Shown here: positions 37,484 through 48,059 of the stretch, one piece after another | Layout: each line of letters begins with the position of its first letter | Numbering within the stretch: the first letter of the stretch is position 1 | DNA from: Polyangiales bacterium | GTDB lineage: Bacteria > Myxococcota_A > Polyangia > Polyangiales > Polyangiaceae | Reading direction: 5' to 3' | Assembly (NCBI GenBank): GCA_038231275.1 | Contig: JBBRLQ010000004.1 | Span: forward strand, 256,001-320,000 | DNA: 64,000 nucleotides | Notes under the pieces: model-generated | Told to the model about the DNA's origin: nothing | Databases searched by the model: none | The model's input: the letters and a program-made list of their open reading frames with translations, nothing else | Position numbers and translations under genes: made by a program

Positions 37484-38484
37484 TGCGTTTCCTCGCGCGC
37501 CGCCTCGCGTGGGCGGTGATCGTCGTCTGGTCGGTGCTGACCGCGGCGTTCTTCGTGAACAACGTCCTGCCGACCGATCCGGCGCGCATGGTCGCAGGTC
37601 CGCAGGCGCGGCCCGCCGACGTCGCGCGGATCCGGCAGCAGCTCGGACTCGATCGACCCGTGCACGAGCAGTACGCCATCTTCATGCGCCGCCTCGTGCA
37701 CGTGGGGCCGTCCTCCGTGGAGGCAGGGGACAAGGAGCACGCCTCGTGCGGCGCGCTCGGCCGACTCCACGTCGATCTCGGACGCAGCTATACGATGCGC
37801 CGGCCGGTACTCACCGTCCTCGGCGAGCGGCTGCCACGCACGCTGCAGCTCGCGGGCGCAGCGGTCGTGCTGCAGCTCTTCTTCGGCGTCGGGCTCGGCG
37901 TCCTCGCGGCGGCGCGCAGGAACACGAAGACCGATCGCGCGGCGGTCGCGGTGAGCCTCCTCGGCGTGAGCGCGCCCACCTTCCTCACCGGGCTCCTCCT
38001 CCAATTCGTGCTCGGGCACCAGCTCCGCCTCTTGCCGGTCGACGGCTACGGCAAAGACGCCGCGGACCACGCGCTCAGCGTGATCCTCCCCGCCCTCACG
38101 CTCGGCCTCTTCGGCGCCGCGTCGTACACGCGGCTCGTTCGCGACGAGATGATCGGCGCGCTCGGCCAAGACTACGTGCGCACCGCGCGTGCGAAGGGCG
38201 TGAGCCGCGCCGGCGTCCTCGTGCGCCACGGCCTACGAAACGCGCTCGTCCCGCTCGTGACCGTCCTCGGCCTCGATCTCGGCACGTTGGTCGGCGGCGC
38301 GGTCGTGACCGAGACCGTCTTTCGCTGGCCTGGCATCGGCGCGATGAGCGTCAACGCGATGCTCGATCGCGACGGCCCGCTCATCCTCGGGGCGGTGCTT
38401 GTCACGAGCGCCGCGATCGTCCTCGCCAACATCGTCGTCGACGTCTGCTACGCCGCGCTCGATCCGCGGATCCGCGAAACGTGA
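37483..38484 (+). CDS. Peptide ABC transporter permease (DppB/OppB-like)
   Basis: DLGRSY, RLPRTLQL, DYVRTARAKG, HGLRNAL, TETVFRWPGIG, DPRIR; ATG 37483 overlaps the SBP stop. Confidence 0.93.
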   Translation: MRFLARRLAWAVIVVWSVLTAAFFVNNVLPTDPARMVAGPQARPADVARIRQQLGLDRPVHEQYAIFMRRLVHVGPSSVEAGDKEHASCGALGRLHVDLGRSYTMRRPVLTVLGERLPRTLQLAGAAVVLQLFFGVGLGVLAAARRNTKTDRAAVAVSLLGVSAPTFLTGLLLQFVLGHQLRLLPVDGYGKDAADHALSVILPALTLGLFGAASYTRLVRDEMIGALGQDYVRTARAKGVSRAGVLVRHGLRNALVPLVTVLGLDLGTLVGGAVVTETVFRWPGIGAMSVNAMLDRDGPLILGAVLVTSAAIVLANIVVDVCYAALDPRIRET

Positions 38485-38520
38485 GGATCCCCTCACATTC
38501 CCAACGGCGCGACTTCGCGA

Positions 38521-40647
38521 TTACTGCCCTAGAAGCGCTCGGCACTCGCTGACGCGGCCACCGCGGCCACGGTTCACGCAGCTCTGATACGCCGCGCGCG
38601 CCTGCGTGCGCGAGCCCGACGCGTCGAATGCCGCTCCGAGCGTGAGCCACGCCTCGGCGTCCCCAGGATCGGCCGCCGTCGCGCGACGCGCCGCGTCGAT
38701 CGCCTTGAACGTCTGCCCGCGTTCGAGGAGACGCTGCGCCTGCTGCGTGAGGTTGACGCGGGGCTCGGCCGCCGTGGACGGCGCGGGGGGTGTCGGCGTC
38801 GGCAACGCCACAACGGTCGGAGTCGGAGTCGCGATCGGCGTCGGAGTCGCGATCGGAGTCGGAGTCGCGATCGGCGTCGGCGTCGGCGTCGCGATCGGAG
38901 TCGGCGTCGCGGACGGAGTCGGCGTCCCCGTCGGCGTGGCCGAGATCGTCGGATCCGGCGTCGTCGCGTTCGTCAGCGCAGCATCTGCGGCCGTCGGATC
39001 GCGCCGCGCGATGTCCGGCGACGGCTCCATCACCTTCACCACCACCAGCCCGACGAGGAAAACCGCCGCGATGATCGCAAGGAGCACCGGCGTCGACATG
39101 CGGCGCCCCTGCATCGGCACCTCGTCGACCGGCTCCTCCGCGGGCGGCCGCGGCGTCCGGGGCGCGCGGGGGATCGCGATCTTCGAGCTGCTCTTGGGCC
39201 CCGAGATCGGCGGGACCGTCGTGGCGGCGCGCTCTTTCCGCACGCTATCCACCACCTCCGGCTCGAGATCGGCGGCGGTGACCATGTGCCCTTCGCCATC
39301 GCTCGGCCGCTCGAGCGACCGCTCGTCGACGATGACCGGCGGCTCGTCCGGGCGCGGCTCGGAGCGCGGCGGCGGGGCGGTTGGACCGACGTGGTGCGCG
39401 CGCGCGTCGTTCAATGCGAGGTTCGGGTCGACCTCCTCTTCGACCACGATGAGCGGGCGCGCCTGGACGCGCACGAGATTCACCTTCGCGATCTCCGCCT
39501 TCGGCGCCACGTGGACCGAAGGCTCGGCGGGGAGACGCGGAGGGGTCAGCGGTTGGCTCTCGACCGGCATCTCGACGCGCGGCGTCTCCGGCGGAGGGCG
39601 CGCGCTCTCGGTCGCGGGGACGACGAGATCGCCATGCGCGGACGCGGCGGTCGCTGCGGGATCCTTGAGCGTGTCGGGGTGCTCCGCCGGCGCCGGCTCC
39701 GCGCGCTCCAGCAAGAGGCCCTCGAAGAAGAGCTTCGAGATCGTCGCGAGCGTGGACAGATCCTCGAACGGCGACTCGTCCACGATCTGCGTCAGCGTGC
39801 GCCGCCCGTCGAGGAGCCGCAGGATTCCGTTGAGCTCGTCGGGGATCTCGTTCAGGCGATCGGCGAGCTGCGTGTGATCGATCTCGAAGACCGTCGACAT
39901 CGGCGGCAGCTGCTCGGTGAGGCGCCCCCACTCGTCGACGCGGCGCATGCCCTCCATCAGAATGCCCTGCGTCGGCGTCCCGATGATGTCCTCGTTCTTC
40001 ACGTCGCGGAACTCGACCTCGAAATCCGCCTCGTTCCAGATGAGCGTGCGGTAGATGACCTCTTCGCCGCGAAGCGCGCCGAGCTCCGCGTCGACGAGCT
40101 TGCCTTCACGAAAATAAATCTGCGCGTGCGCGGCGCCGTTTCGCAAGTGCACGACGCCGGTCTTCCGCGAGACCTCGAAGGTCTGGAGGAGATCGACGAC
40201 CGCCATGTCCTCGATCGATCCCGAGAAATGCGTGCGACCGGTCGCGCCCTTGTGTGTGACGATGTTCTCCTGCGTGCGGCGCGCGAGGAGGAGGTTCACG
40301 CGCGCGAGCAGCTCGCGGACGAAGATCGGCTTGGTGAGGTAGTCCTCGACCCCCAGCTCGAGGCCGCGGATCTTGTCCTCGACGGATTTCTGGCTGGTCA
40401 GAAATACGACCGGGATGCTCGACCACTCGGCGCGCTCCTTCAGGCGCCGCACGAAGGCGTAGCCATCGAGCTTGGGGAGGCGCGTGTCGGACAGGACGAG
40501 ATCGGGCGTCGACAGCTCGACCTTTTGGAGGGCGTCCAGACCATCTTTCGCGGTCGTGACGCTGTAGCCGGCCTTCTTGAGGCTGACCTCGAGCACGCGC
40601 ACGCTGCGCGGATCGGCGTCGACGAGCAGCAGCTTCTGTTTCGCCAC
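38521..40647 (-). CDS. Receiver-DUF4388-Pro-rich-TM-TPR membrane response regulator
   Basis: LLVDAD/LSDTRLP/LTKP receiver; [15 protein letters not shown]...KTG DUF4388-like domain; TM helix; C-terminal TPR (AEAWLTLG). Confidence 0.85.
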   Translation of the reverse strand: MAKQKLLLVDADPRSVRVLEVSLKKAGYSVTTAKDGLDALQKVELSTPDLVLSDTRLPKLDGYAFVRRLKERAEWSSIPVVFLTSQKSVEDKIRGLELGVEDYLTKPIFVRELLARVNLLLARRTQENIVTHKGATGRTHFSGSIEDMAVVDLLQTFEVSRKTGVVHLRNGAAHAQIYFREGKLVDAELGALRGEEVIYRTLIWNEADFEVEFRDVKNEDIIGTPTQGILMEGMRRVDEWGRLTEQLPPMSTVFEIDHTQLADRLNEIPDELNGILRLLDGRRTLTQIVDESPFEDLSTLATISKLFFEGLLLERAEPAPAEHPDTLKDPAATAASAHGDLVVPATESARPPPETPRVEMPVESQPLTPPRLPAEPSVHVAPKAEIAKVNLVRVQARPLIVVEEEVDPNLALNDARAHHVGPTAPPPRSEPRPDEPPVIVDERSLERPSDGEGHMVTAADLEPEVVDSVRKERAATTVPPISGPKSSSKIAIPRAPRTPRPPAEEPVDEVPMQGRRMSTPVLLAIIAAVFLVGLVVVKVMEPSPDIARRDPTAADAALTNATTPDPTISATPTGTPTPSATPTPIATPTPTPIATPTPIATPTPIATPTPTVVALPTPTPPAPSTAAEPRVNLTQQAQRLLERGQTFKAIDAARRATAADPGDAEAWLTLGAAFDASGSRTQARAAYQSCVNRGRGGRVSECRALLGQ
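38790..38940. repeat. Coding 18-bp tandem repeats (TPIATP)
   Basis: Repeated gtcggagtcgcgatcggc units. Confidence 0.8.
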
Positions 40648-40665
40648 GGGATGGGAAGGATACCG

Positions 40666-42151
<1,486 letters not shown>

Positions 42152-42165
<14 letters not shown>

Positions 42166-42406
42166 GGGCGGCGTCCTTCGTGCCCCCGTCGGGCGGCGCA
42201 GCGTCGCGCGGTGGCCCGGCATCGAGATCGGCGCACACGCCTTCACGGCAGACGAGATCGGTCTTGCAGTCTTTGTCGCGCGTGCAGGGCGCGTTGACCG
42301 TCCCCGAGTGCTCGTCGACGCCGCCGCATCCTCCGGGGTCTCGCCCGAACGACAGCGAAATGCCGGCGATGCCGAAGAGGGCGAACACTGCGGCCTGCCG
42401 TACCAC
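42152..42406 (-). CDS. Small secreted Cys-rich protein
   Basis: Hydrophobic N-terminus; C-x5-C-x5-C-x4-C motif; overlaps the kinase start; TAAGCT 6 nt upstream. Confidence 0.55.
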
Positions 42407-42534
42407 CCATGGAGCTTAGAGCAGAAGTCGGTTGACCGTTAGCGGTCCGTTCGCGGGCCAAAGACGCCCATTTCTTGGCGGGCGGCGCCGGGCTCGCGGG
42501 CGACGAGGTCGCGGGCGCCGGCGTAATGGGGGCG

Positions 42535-43791
42535 TCAGCCAGCGGGTGCCGCGACGGCGTTCGCCGCGGTTCCGCAGTTGGCGCAGAACTTCGCCGCCGC
42601 GGCGAGCTCGCCGCCGCAGCCGGTGCAGAACTTCTTCAGCGGAGAGAGCGCCGCGCCGCACTCCGCGCAGAACTTCCCGCCGGGCTGCTTGCAGTTGCAC
42701 TTTGCACACGTCACTTGCAGGCCGCCCGGGGAGAACTGAGGTTGCGCGGCCGCAGCAGCAGGAGCCGCCGCGCCGCCGACCGCGAACTGCGGCTGCGCGC
42801 CGGGCTGCATCGCCCCCACCATCATGTTGCCCATGCCGACGCCGACCGCCATCGACGCGCCCGCGCCTGCGAGCCCGTCACCAACGCCGTGCGCCGCCAT
42901 CCCCTGCCCCGCGCCCATGAGCGCCTGGCCGGCAGCGTAGTTCTGGTAGTTGCCGGCGAGCTGCTGAACGTACCGCGCGTCCTGTCCGAACTTCTGATCG
43001 AGCTCGAACTGCTTGGCTTGCGCGTCGGCTGCGGCGCCCGCGACGCCGATCTGCTTCACGCGCACCTCGCGCTGCGCCTTCGCGATCTCCGCGTTCGCCG
43101 CGACGAGGCGCTGGCGATCCTCGTCGGAGAAGTTCAGGTTGAACTGCCCCATCTGGAGGATGCGGACGCCGATGTCGTTCAGATCGGGCGCGTGGTTCAC
43201 GAACGCGGCGGCGAGCTTTTGCGTCAGCGCCACGGCCTGGAGGACGCTCTTCTGCTCGACCTCGCAGAGCTCTCCAAGCGTCGTCTTGACGCCGTTCATG
43301 AAGAGGCCCTTCACCCAGTCGAGGACGAAGTCGTTGTCGCCCGTCGATCCCTGGCCGCTGTAGCCGACGACGAAGCGCACCGGATCGGTCACGACGAGCG
43401 AGAACTCGCCGAAGATGCGCGGGATGACTTGCTCGCCGGTGAGCGGATCCAGCATGTCGCCGATGGGGCCGCCGAACGGGATGCCGCGCACCGGCGTCGT
43501 CTTCACGAAGAAGATCTCGCTGATGAAGACCTGACCGCCCGTGAAGTTGTTCACGATCTGGTTCAGGAACGGGATGTTCTGCGTCTGCAGCGTGTGACGG
43601 CCTGGCGGCAGCACGCCGACGACGCGACCGTCTTTGAAGAACACCGCGCACTCGTCGCTGTCGACGGTGAGCTGCGAGTACATCGGGAAATTCTGATCGG
43701 GATGCTTGAAGACGATGAGGTGCTTGAGTTGATCCGGGCGCGCGATCATCATTTCGCGCACGCCGTTCTTCACGAAGTCGAACACACCCAT
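42535..43791 (-). CDS. SPFH (band 7, YdjI-like) protein with C-terminal double zinc ribbon
   Basis: SQLTVDSDECAVFFKDG, PGRHTLQTQNIPFL; C-terminal CAKC/CAEC/CTGC/CANC; ATG 43791 with AAGGAG RBS. Confidence 0.88.
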   Translation of the reverse strand: MGVFDFVKNGVREMMIARPDQLKHLIVFKHPDQNFPMYSQLTVDSDECAVFFKDGRVVGVLPPGRHTLQTQNIPFLNQIVNNFTGGQVFISEIFFVKTTPVRGIPFGGPIGDMLDPLTGEQVIPRIFGEFSLVVTDPVRFVVGYSGQGSTGDNDFVLDWVKGLFMNGVKTTLGELCEVEQKSVLQAVALTQKLAAAFVNHAPDLNDIGVRILQMGQFNLNFSDEDRQRLVAANAEIAKAQREVRVKQIGVAGAAADAQAKQFELDQKFGQDARYVQQLAGNYQNYAAGQALMGAGQGMAAHGVGDGLAGAGASMAVGVGMGNMMVGAMQPGAQPQFAVGGAAAPAAAAAQPQFSPGGLQVTCAKCNCKQPGGKFCAECGAALSPLKKFCTGCGGELAAAAKFCANCGTAANAVAAPAG

Positions 43792-43955
43792 CGGGATCTC
43801 CTTGTCGGGGACGGTGCCCACGACTTCGCCCAAGATAATTCTCCTGGGGCCGGGCCGCCAGGCCTGACGCACGTGTCGTGGCGGTCTTAAGAGGTACGGC
43901 CTTCTACGATGGACATCTAGTGATTCCGCGCGTTTTGGCGCATAGTTGACGGAAC

Positions 43956-45068
43956 ATGGAGCCCGCGGTCGACGTCTCCACCCTGCCGCAGCAAGCGCAG
44001 CGCCTCCTGGACCCCACAACGCCGCCGGCCCTGCGGACGCTCGGCGCGCGCGGCATCGCCCCCGGTCTGAAGCCTGGCGAGGCGCTGACGCTCGTCTGCC
44101 TCCTGGCCGAGGGCGAGGACGTGCCGATCGCCAACATGGCGAAGGCGACGCTCAAGGCGCTACCCGCTCCGGTCCTGAACGGAGCGCTCGCGAGCGAGCT
44201 GCCGCCGGGCGTGCTCGACGTGATCGCGCCTCAGTTCGCGGGCGAGCTGAGCGTGATGGAGCGGATCCTCTCGCACCCGAACCTGATGCCCATCACGGTG
44301 GCAAAGGTCGCCGGCGCGTGCAGCGAGGCCGTCAGCGAGCTCATCGCGACGAACGAAGAGCGCCTGCTCAAGCATCCCGAGATCATCGAGAAGCTCTATC
44401 TGAACAAGGCGACGCGCATGTCGACGACCGATCGCCTGATCGAGCTCGCCGTGCGCAACGGGCTCGAGCTGACCGGCATCCCCGCGTTCAAGGAGGCGGC
44501 CGCCGCGATCGCCAACGAGCTGATCCCGGAGGCGACCGACGCGCCGGCGCCCGAAGACCTGGCGTTCCGGAGCGTCATCGACACCGCCGAGGACGACGAT
44601 CCGAACGACGAAGTCTACGAGATGGACGACGAAGGCCGCGAGGTCGTCAAGGCGAAGCACAGAGAGAAGCTGCCGCCGATCAACGAGATGACGATCAGTC
44701 AGAAGATCCGCCTCAGCGCCCTGGGGACGGCGTCGCAGCGCGCGATCCTCGTCCGCGACGCGAACCGCCTCGTGGCGGCGGCGGCGGCGAAGAGCCCGAA
44801 GATGGGCGAGCAGGAGGCCGAGCGCATCGCGAAGAGCCGCGCGGTCAGCGATGACGTCCTCAAGATCATCGCGGAGAGCTTCCCCAAGCACTACCCCATC
44901 AAGTACGCCCTCACCGAGAACCCGCGGACGCCGTTCGCGCTTGCGTCGAAGTTCATCGTCCACCTGCGGGAGAGCGAGCTCAAGGCGCTGGCGCGGAGCA
45001 AGAACGTGAGCGGCGCGGTGTCGACGGCGGCGAAGCAGCACCTGTCGCGGCGGGAGAAGAGGGGCTGA
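43956..45068 (+). CDS. Conserved hypothetical all-helical (HEAT/LRV-like) protein
   Basis: Coding-like 370-aa ORF; helical repeats (KIRLSALG...RAILVRDANRLV, LTENPRTP). Confidence 0.7.
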   Translation: MEPAVDVSTLPQQAQRLLDPTTPPALRTLGARGIAPGLKPGEALTLVCLLAEGEDVPIANMAKATLKALPAPVLNGALASELPPGVLDVIAPQFAGELSVMERILSHPNLMPITVAKVAGACSEAVSELIATNEERLLKHPEIIEKLYLNKATRMSTTDRLIELAVRNGLELTGIPAFKEAAAAIANELIPEATDAPAPEDLAFRSVIDTAEDDDPNDEVYEMDDEGREVVKAKHREKLPPINEMTISQKIRLSALGTASQRAILVRDANRLVAAAAAKSPKMGEQEAERIAKSRAVSDDVLKIIAESFPKHYPIKYALTENPRTPFALASKFIVHLRESELKALARSKNVSGAVSTAAKQHLSRREKRG

Positions 45069-45106
45069 CGGTTTGGCGGGGCCACCGCTGACGTCGGAGC
45101 TACCTC

Positions 45107-45179
45107 CGCAAGGGGCGGGCTCGGTGATCGCCTGGGTCACGGCTCGCGAGCGGACGAGTCGCGGCGCCTGGCCCTTGCG
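45107..45179. other. Intergenic three-way-junction secondary structure
   Basis: Closing stem CGCAAGGG/CCCTTGCG (extendable), hairpins GTGATC/GGTCAC and GGCTCG/CGAGTC. Confidence 0.4.
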
Positions 45180-45218
45180 AGCAGCAGTTCACGGTCCCCG
45201 TGATACCGTCGGACCCTA

Positions 45219-46745
45219 GTGCCTGCGTCGACTCCCCCGCGATCCCACGATCAGCCTGGCTCGACGAAGTTGGCGCTGTGTCTCCGGGCTACGGCTGCAC
45301 TTCTACTTCTCTACCCGGCCGTAGCGCTGCTCCGTACCCTCGCAACAACGTTGGCGGCGCGCATCGCCTACCCGTGGGATCTAGAGTGGATGGAGGGGTG
45401 CCACCTCTACCACGCGTACCGCATCTCCCACGGGCTCTACCTCTACGGAGACCCGGCGCGCGGCTTCGCGACCTTCCCCTATCCACCCGTGTACTGGACC
45501 GTGCTCAGCGCAACGGGCGGGCTCTTCGGCCTCGACTATCCGACGGCGCGCGCGCTGTCCATCGCCTGCATCGTGGGAGCAGGCGCGATCTTGGCGGGCG
45601 CGATCGTCTGGCACGCGCCGTCTCGCGCTGTCGGCGTCGTCCTTGCCGTACTCGCGTTCGGCGGGATCGCTGCCGGGTATCCGTTCGCGGGCGCGGCGTA
45701 CGATCTGGCGCGCGGCGACGCGATGGCCATCTTCTTCCCGGTGCTCGGCGCGGCGATCCTGGGTGACGGGCGCGTGCGACTCGGACGGGCGGCGATCGCG
45801 GGCGGCGTCCTGACGCTTGCGATCTACACGAAGCAGACCGGCGTGTTCTTCGCGGTGTGGCTCATCGTCTTCGCGTACGTGCGAGACGCACGGGGCGGAA
45901 TCCTCCTCTTGTGTGCGACCGGAGCGTCGAGCGCGGCGCTACTCGGCGCGTTCTGCGCGGCGACGGGCGGGTGGTTTTGGACGTGGCTCTTCGATCAGGC
46001 CCGCCACGGCCTACGGGGGCACGACGAGTGGAGCGCGGCGATCGGTCACTTCGCGGTACACGCGCCGTTCCTCGTCGCCCTCCCGTGGTTCGTCGCCGAG
46101 GCGCGACGGCGGGAATGGCTGCGCCCGGTGACGGTGAAGTGGGTCGGGCTCCTCGGGGCCGCGATCGTCGCGTCGATGGTTCCGTTCATGAAGGTTGGCG
46201 GCTGGGTCAATGTGCTCATCCCGGTCTTCGTCTTGTCGTGGCCGGTGGCTCTCCTGCTGGTCTGCGATTTCTTGCACGCGCTCCCCGCGCAGGGGACGGC
46301 ATCGCGCGCGGCGTTTTGGGGCACGCTCATCGCGGGCGCCGCGACACTCTGGCTGCTCGCGTTCGATCCGTCGCCGTTCGTCCCGACGACCGAGCGCACC
46401 GAGAGGGCGCGCCGGCTCCGCGCGTTCGTGCACGATCTGGACGGCCCGGTCGTCTTCACGACCAGCCCGTTCGTGCCCATCCTCGAGGGGAAGCAGCCGA
46501 ACGAGCAGCCGATCTTGCAAGGCTTCATCGACGCGAAGGCCGGCGAGCTCGACGGCGACTACGCGCGCGCGCTCGAGCGGAGCGGAGCGGAATACCTGAT
46601 CGTCGGCGCGCTCAACGACACGCGCGACTACAGGCCGGGCCTGCGGCGCTCGTTCGACCTCGTGCGCGATCTCGATTTTGGCGTGCAGACGCAGCCCGCG
46701 CTCCCGTTCTCGTTGTGGAAACGCGCCTCCGCGCCTCGACCTTGA
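45219..46745 (+). CDS. GT-C-fold (ArnT/PMT-like) membrane glycosyltransferase
   Basis: Many TM helices; first-loop acidic motif DLEWMEG, YPPVY, DLARGD, YTKQTG. Confidence 0.7.
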   Translation: MPASTPPRSHDQPGSTKLALCLRATAALLLLYPAVALLRTLATTLAARIAYPWDLEWMEGCHLYHAYRISHGLYLYGDPARGFATFPYPPVYWTVLSATGGLFGLDYPTARALSIACIVGAGAILAGAIVWHAPSRAVGVVLAVLAFGGIAAGYPFAGAAYDLARGDAMAIFFPVLGAAILGDGRVRLGRAAIAGGVLTLAIYTKQTGVFFAVWLIVFAYVRDARGGILLLCATGASSAALLGAFCAATGGWFWTWLFDQARHGLRGHDEWSAAIGHFAVHAPFLVALPWFVAEARRREWLRPVTVKWVGLLGAAIVASMVPFMKVGGWVNVLIPVFVLSWPVALLLVCDFLHALPAQGTASRAAFWGTLIAGAATLWLLAFDPSPFVPTTERTERARRLRAFVHDLDGPVVFTTSPFVPILEGKQPNEQPILQGFIDAKAGELDGDYARALERSGAEYLIVGALNDTRDYRPGLRRSFDLVRDLDFGVQTQPALPFSLWKRASAPRP

Positions 46746-46752
46746 GCCCCGG

Positions 46753-47952
46753 CTATTCCTGGCTGAAGTGCATCTTGCGCTGACCGAGCCAATCGGCCCA
46801 CGGGTCGTATCCGAGGGCCTTCAGCCCGAGCGCCACCGGGAGCGGGTAGAGGACGACCGGCCGCGATTGCCCCACGTAATATTGAGGCACCAAGAGGTTC
46901 ACGAGGAGGAGCGCCCAAAGCACGCGCCCGAAGATTGGCGGCGCCACGACCTCGCGGAGTAGGGCTGCGCCGCTCAAAATCGCCGGGAAGGCGATGGCGG
47001 GAAGACGTGACTCGTCGGACGTGATGATGAGCGTCGCGACGCCACCGAGCGTCGCGAGGAGCAAGCTGGCCACCTCGGCGCGGCGCCCCTTCGCCCACTG
47101 GTCGACGCCGGCGAGGAGCGGCAAGACCCAGAGGCACTTGAACGCCATGAAGAGCCCGAGCCACGCGCCGCGCACGTTGAGGAGCGCGTTCTCCCGCAGG
47201 TACGGCGCGTTCAAGTAAAAGCCCGGCGTCCACGTGATGGGCGCGTGACGCGCGATCACCGCGCGCACGTAGGCGGCGAGGAAGAGCGCTGCGGCGATCG
47301 ACACACCAAGACGAGCGCGTCTCGCCCACCCCTCCCGCCGCCGCCCCGTGTGCCAGACGAGCCAGGGGAGGAGGAACGCGTTCGCCTCGTGGTTGAGGAT
47401 CGCCAAGGCAACGCACGCGCCCACAACGAGGTCCGAGCCTGCGAAGATCATCGCGATCGCCAGAACCAGGTACGACAGCGTGTCGACGTATCCGGCGAAA
47501 TGGAGCGTGAAGAGGATCGGGCTCGAGAAGGCCAGGAGGGAGCCCATCGCCACGCACTCCGAGCCCGCGAAGCCGCTTCTTCGATACCCGCGCATCACCA
47601 CCGCGAGGAAGCCGATGCCTGCGAGGAGCGGGAGGACGATGAACGCGTCGCCGCGGAGGAACATGCAATACGCGAGCACGGGCGCGAGCGGACGGAAGCG
47701 GATCGGCGACGCCGACGCCTCGAAGGGCGCGCGCGACGCCTCTCCGTAGAGGATGCCATGGTTGACGAGACGAATCGCCGGCGCGGAGTAAAGGGCCGCT
47801 ACGCAAAGGAGCATCGTCGCGAAGAGCAGGCAGACACCCCACGCGCCGAAGCGCCGCTCGCCTCGCGCGAACCCGTCGTCGAGGCGGGCCGTGAAGCGAT
47901 CGCATCGCGACGCGAACCACGACACCAGATTGGGCGAGCGCGTGAGAGGCAT
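46753..47952 (-). CDS. Polytopic membrane protein, GT-C-like
   Basis: About 10 TM segments; RFRPLAP, YVDTL, LNHE, DESR motifs; function inferred. Confidence 0.55.
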   Translation of the reverse strand: MPLTRSPNLVSWFASRCDRFTARLDDGFARGERRFGAWGVCLLFATMLLCVAALYSAPAIRLVNHGILYGEASRAPFEASASPIRFRPLAPVLAYCMFLRGDAFIVLPLLAGIGFLAVVMRGYRRSGFAGSECVAMGSLLAFSSPILFTLHFAGYVDTLSYLVLAIAMIFAGSDLVVGACVALAILNHEANAFLLPWLVWHTGRRREGWARRARLGVSIAAALFLAAYVRAVIARHAPITWTPGFYLNAPYLRENALLNVRGAWLGLFMAFKCLWVLPLLAGVDQWAKGRRAEVASLLLATLGGVATLIITSDESRLPAIAFPAILSGAALLREVVAPPIFGRVLWALLLVNLLVPQYYVGQSRPVVLYPLPVALGLKALGYDPWADWLGQRKMHFSQE

Positions 47953-48059
47953 GGCTGGCGAGAGCGCGTGGAAGCCTTCCCGTGTCGCGCGCGCACGACG
48001 CTAACACACGGAGTTGACACCAAGAAGGTCGTGCGCGAAGAGATGCGTGTGGGCCCCCC

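Noticed and set aside
42535-45068. SPFH-zinc ribbon plus helical protein as an anti-phage system
   Set aside because: The genes are divergent, have no nuclease, NTPase or other effector motifs, and lack defence-island context
45107-45179. tRNA or tRNA-derived attachment site at the island border
   Set aside because: Only two internal arms, no T-loop GTTC in position, no CCA end and no integrase nearby
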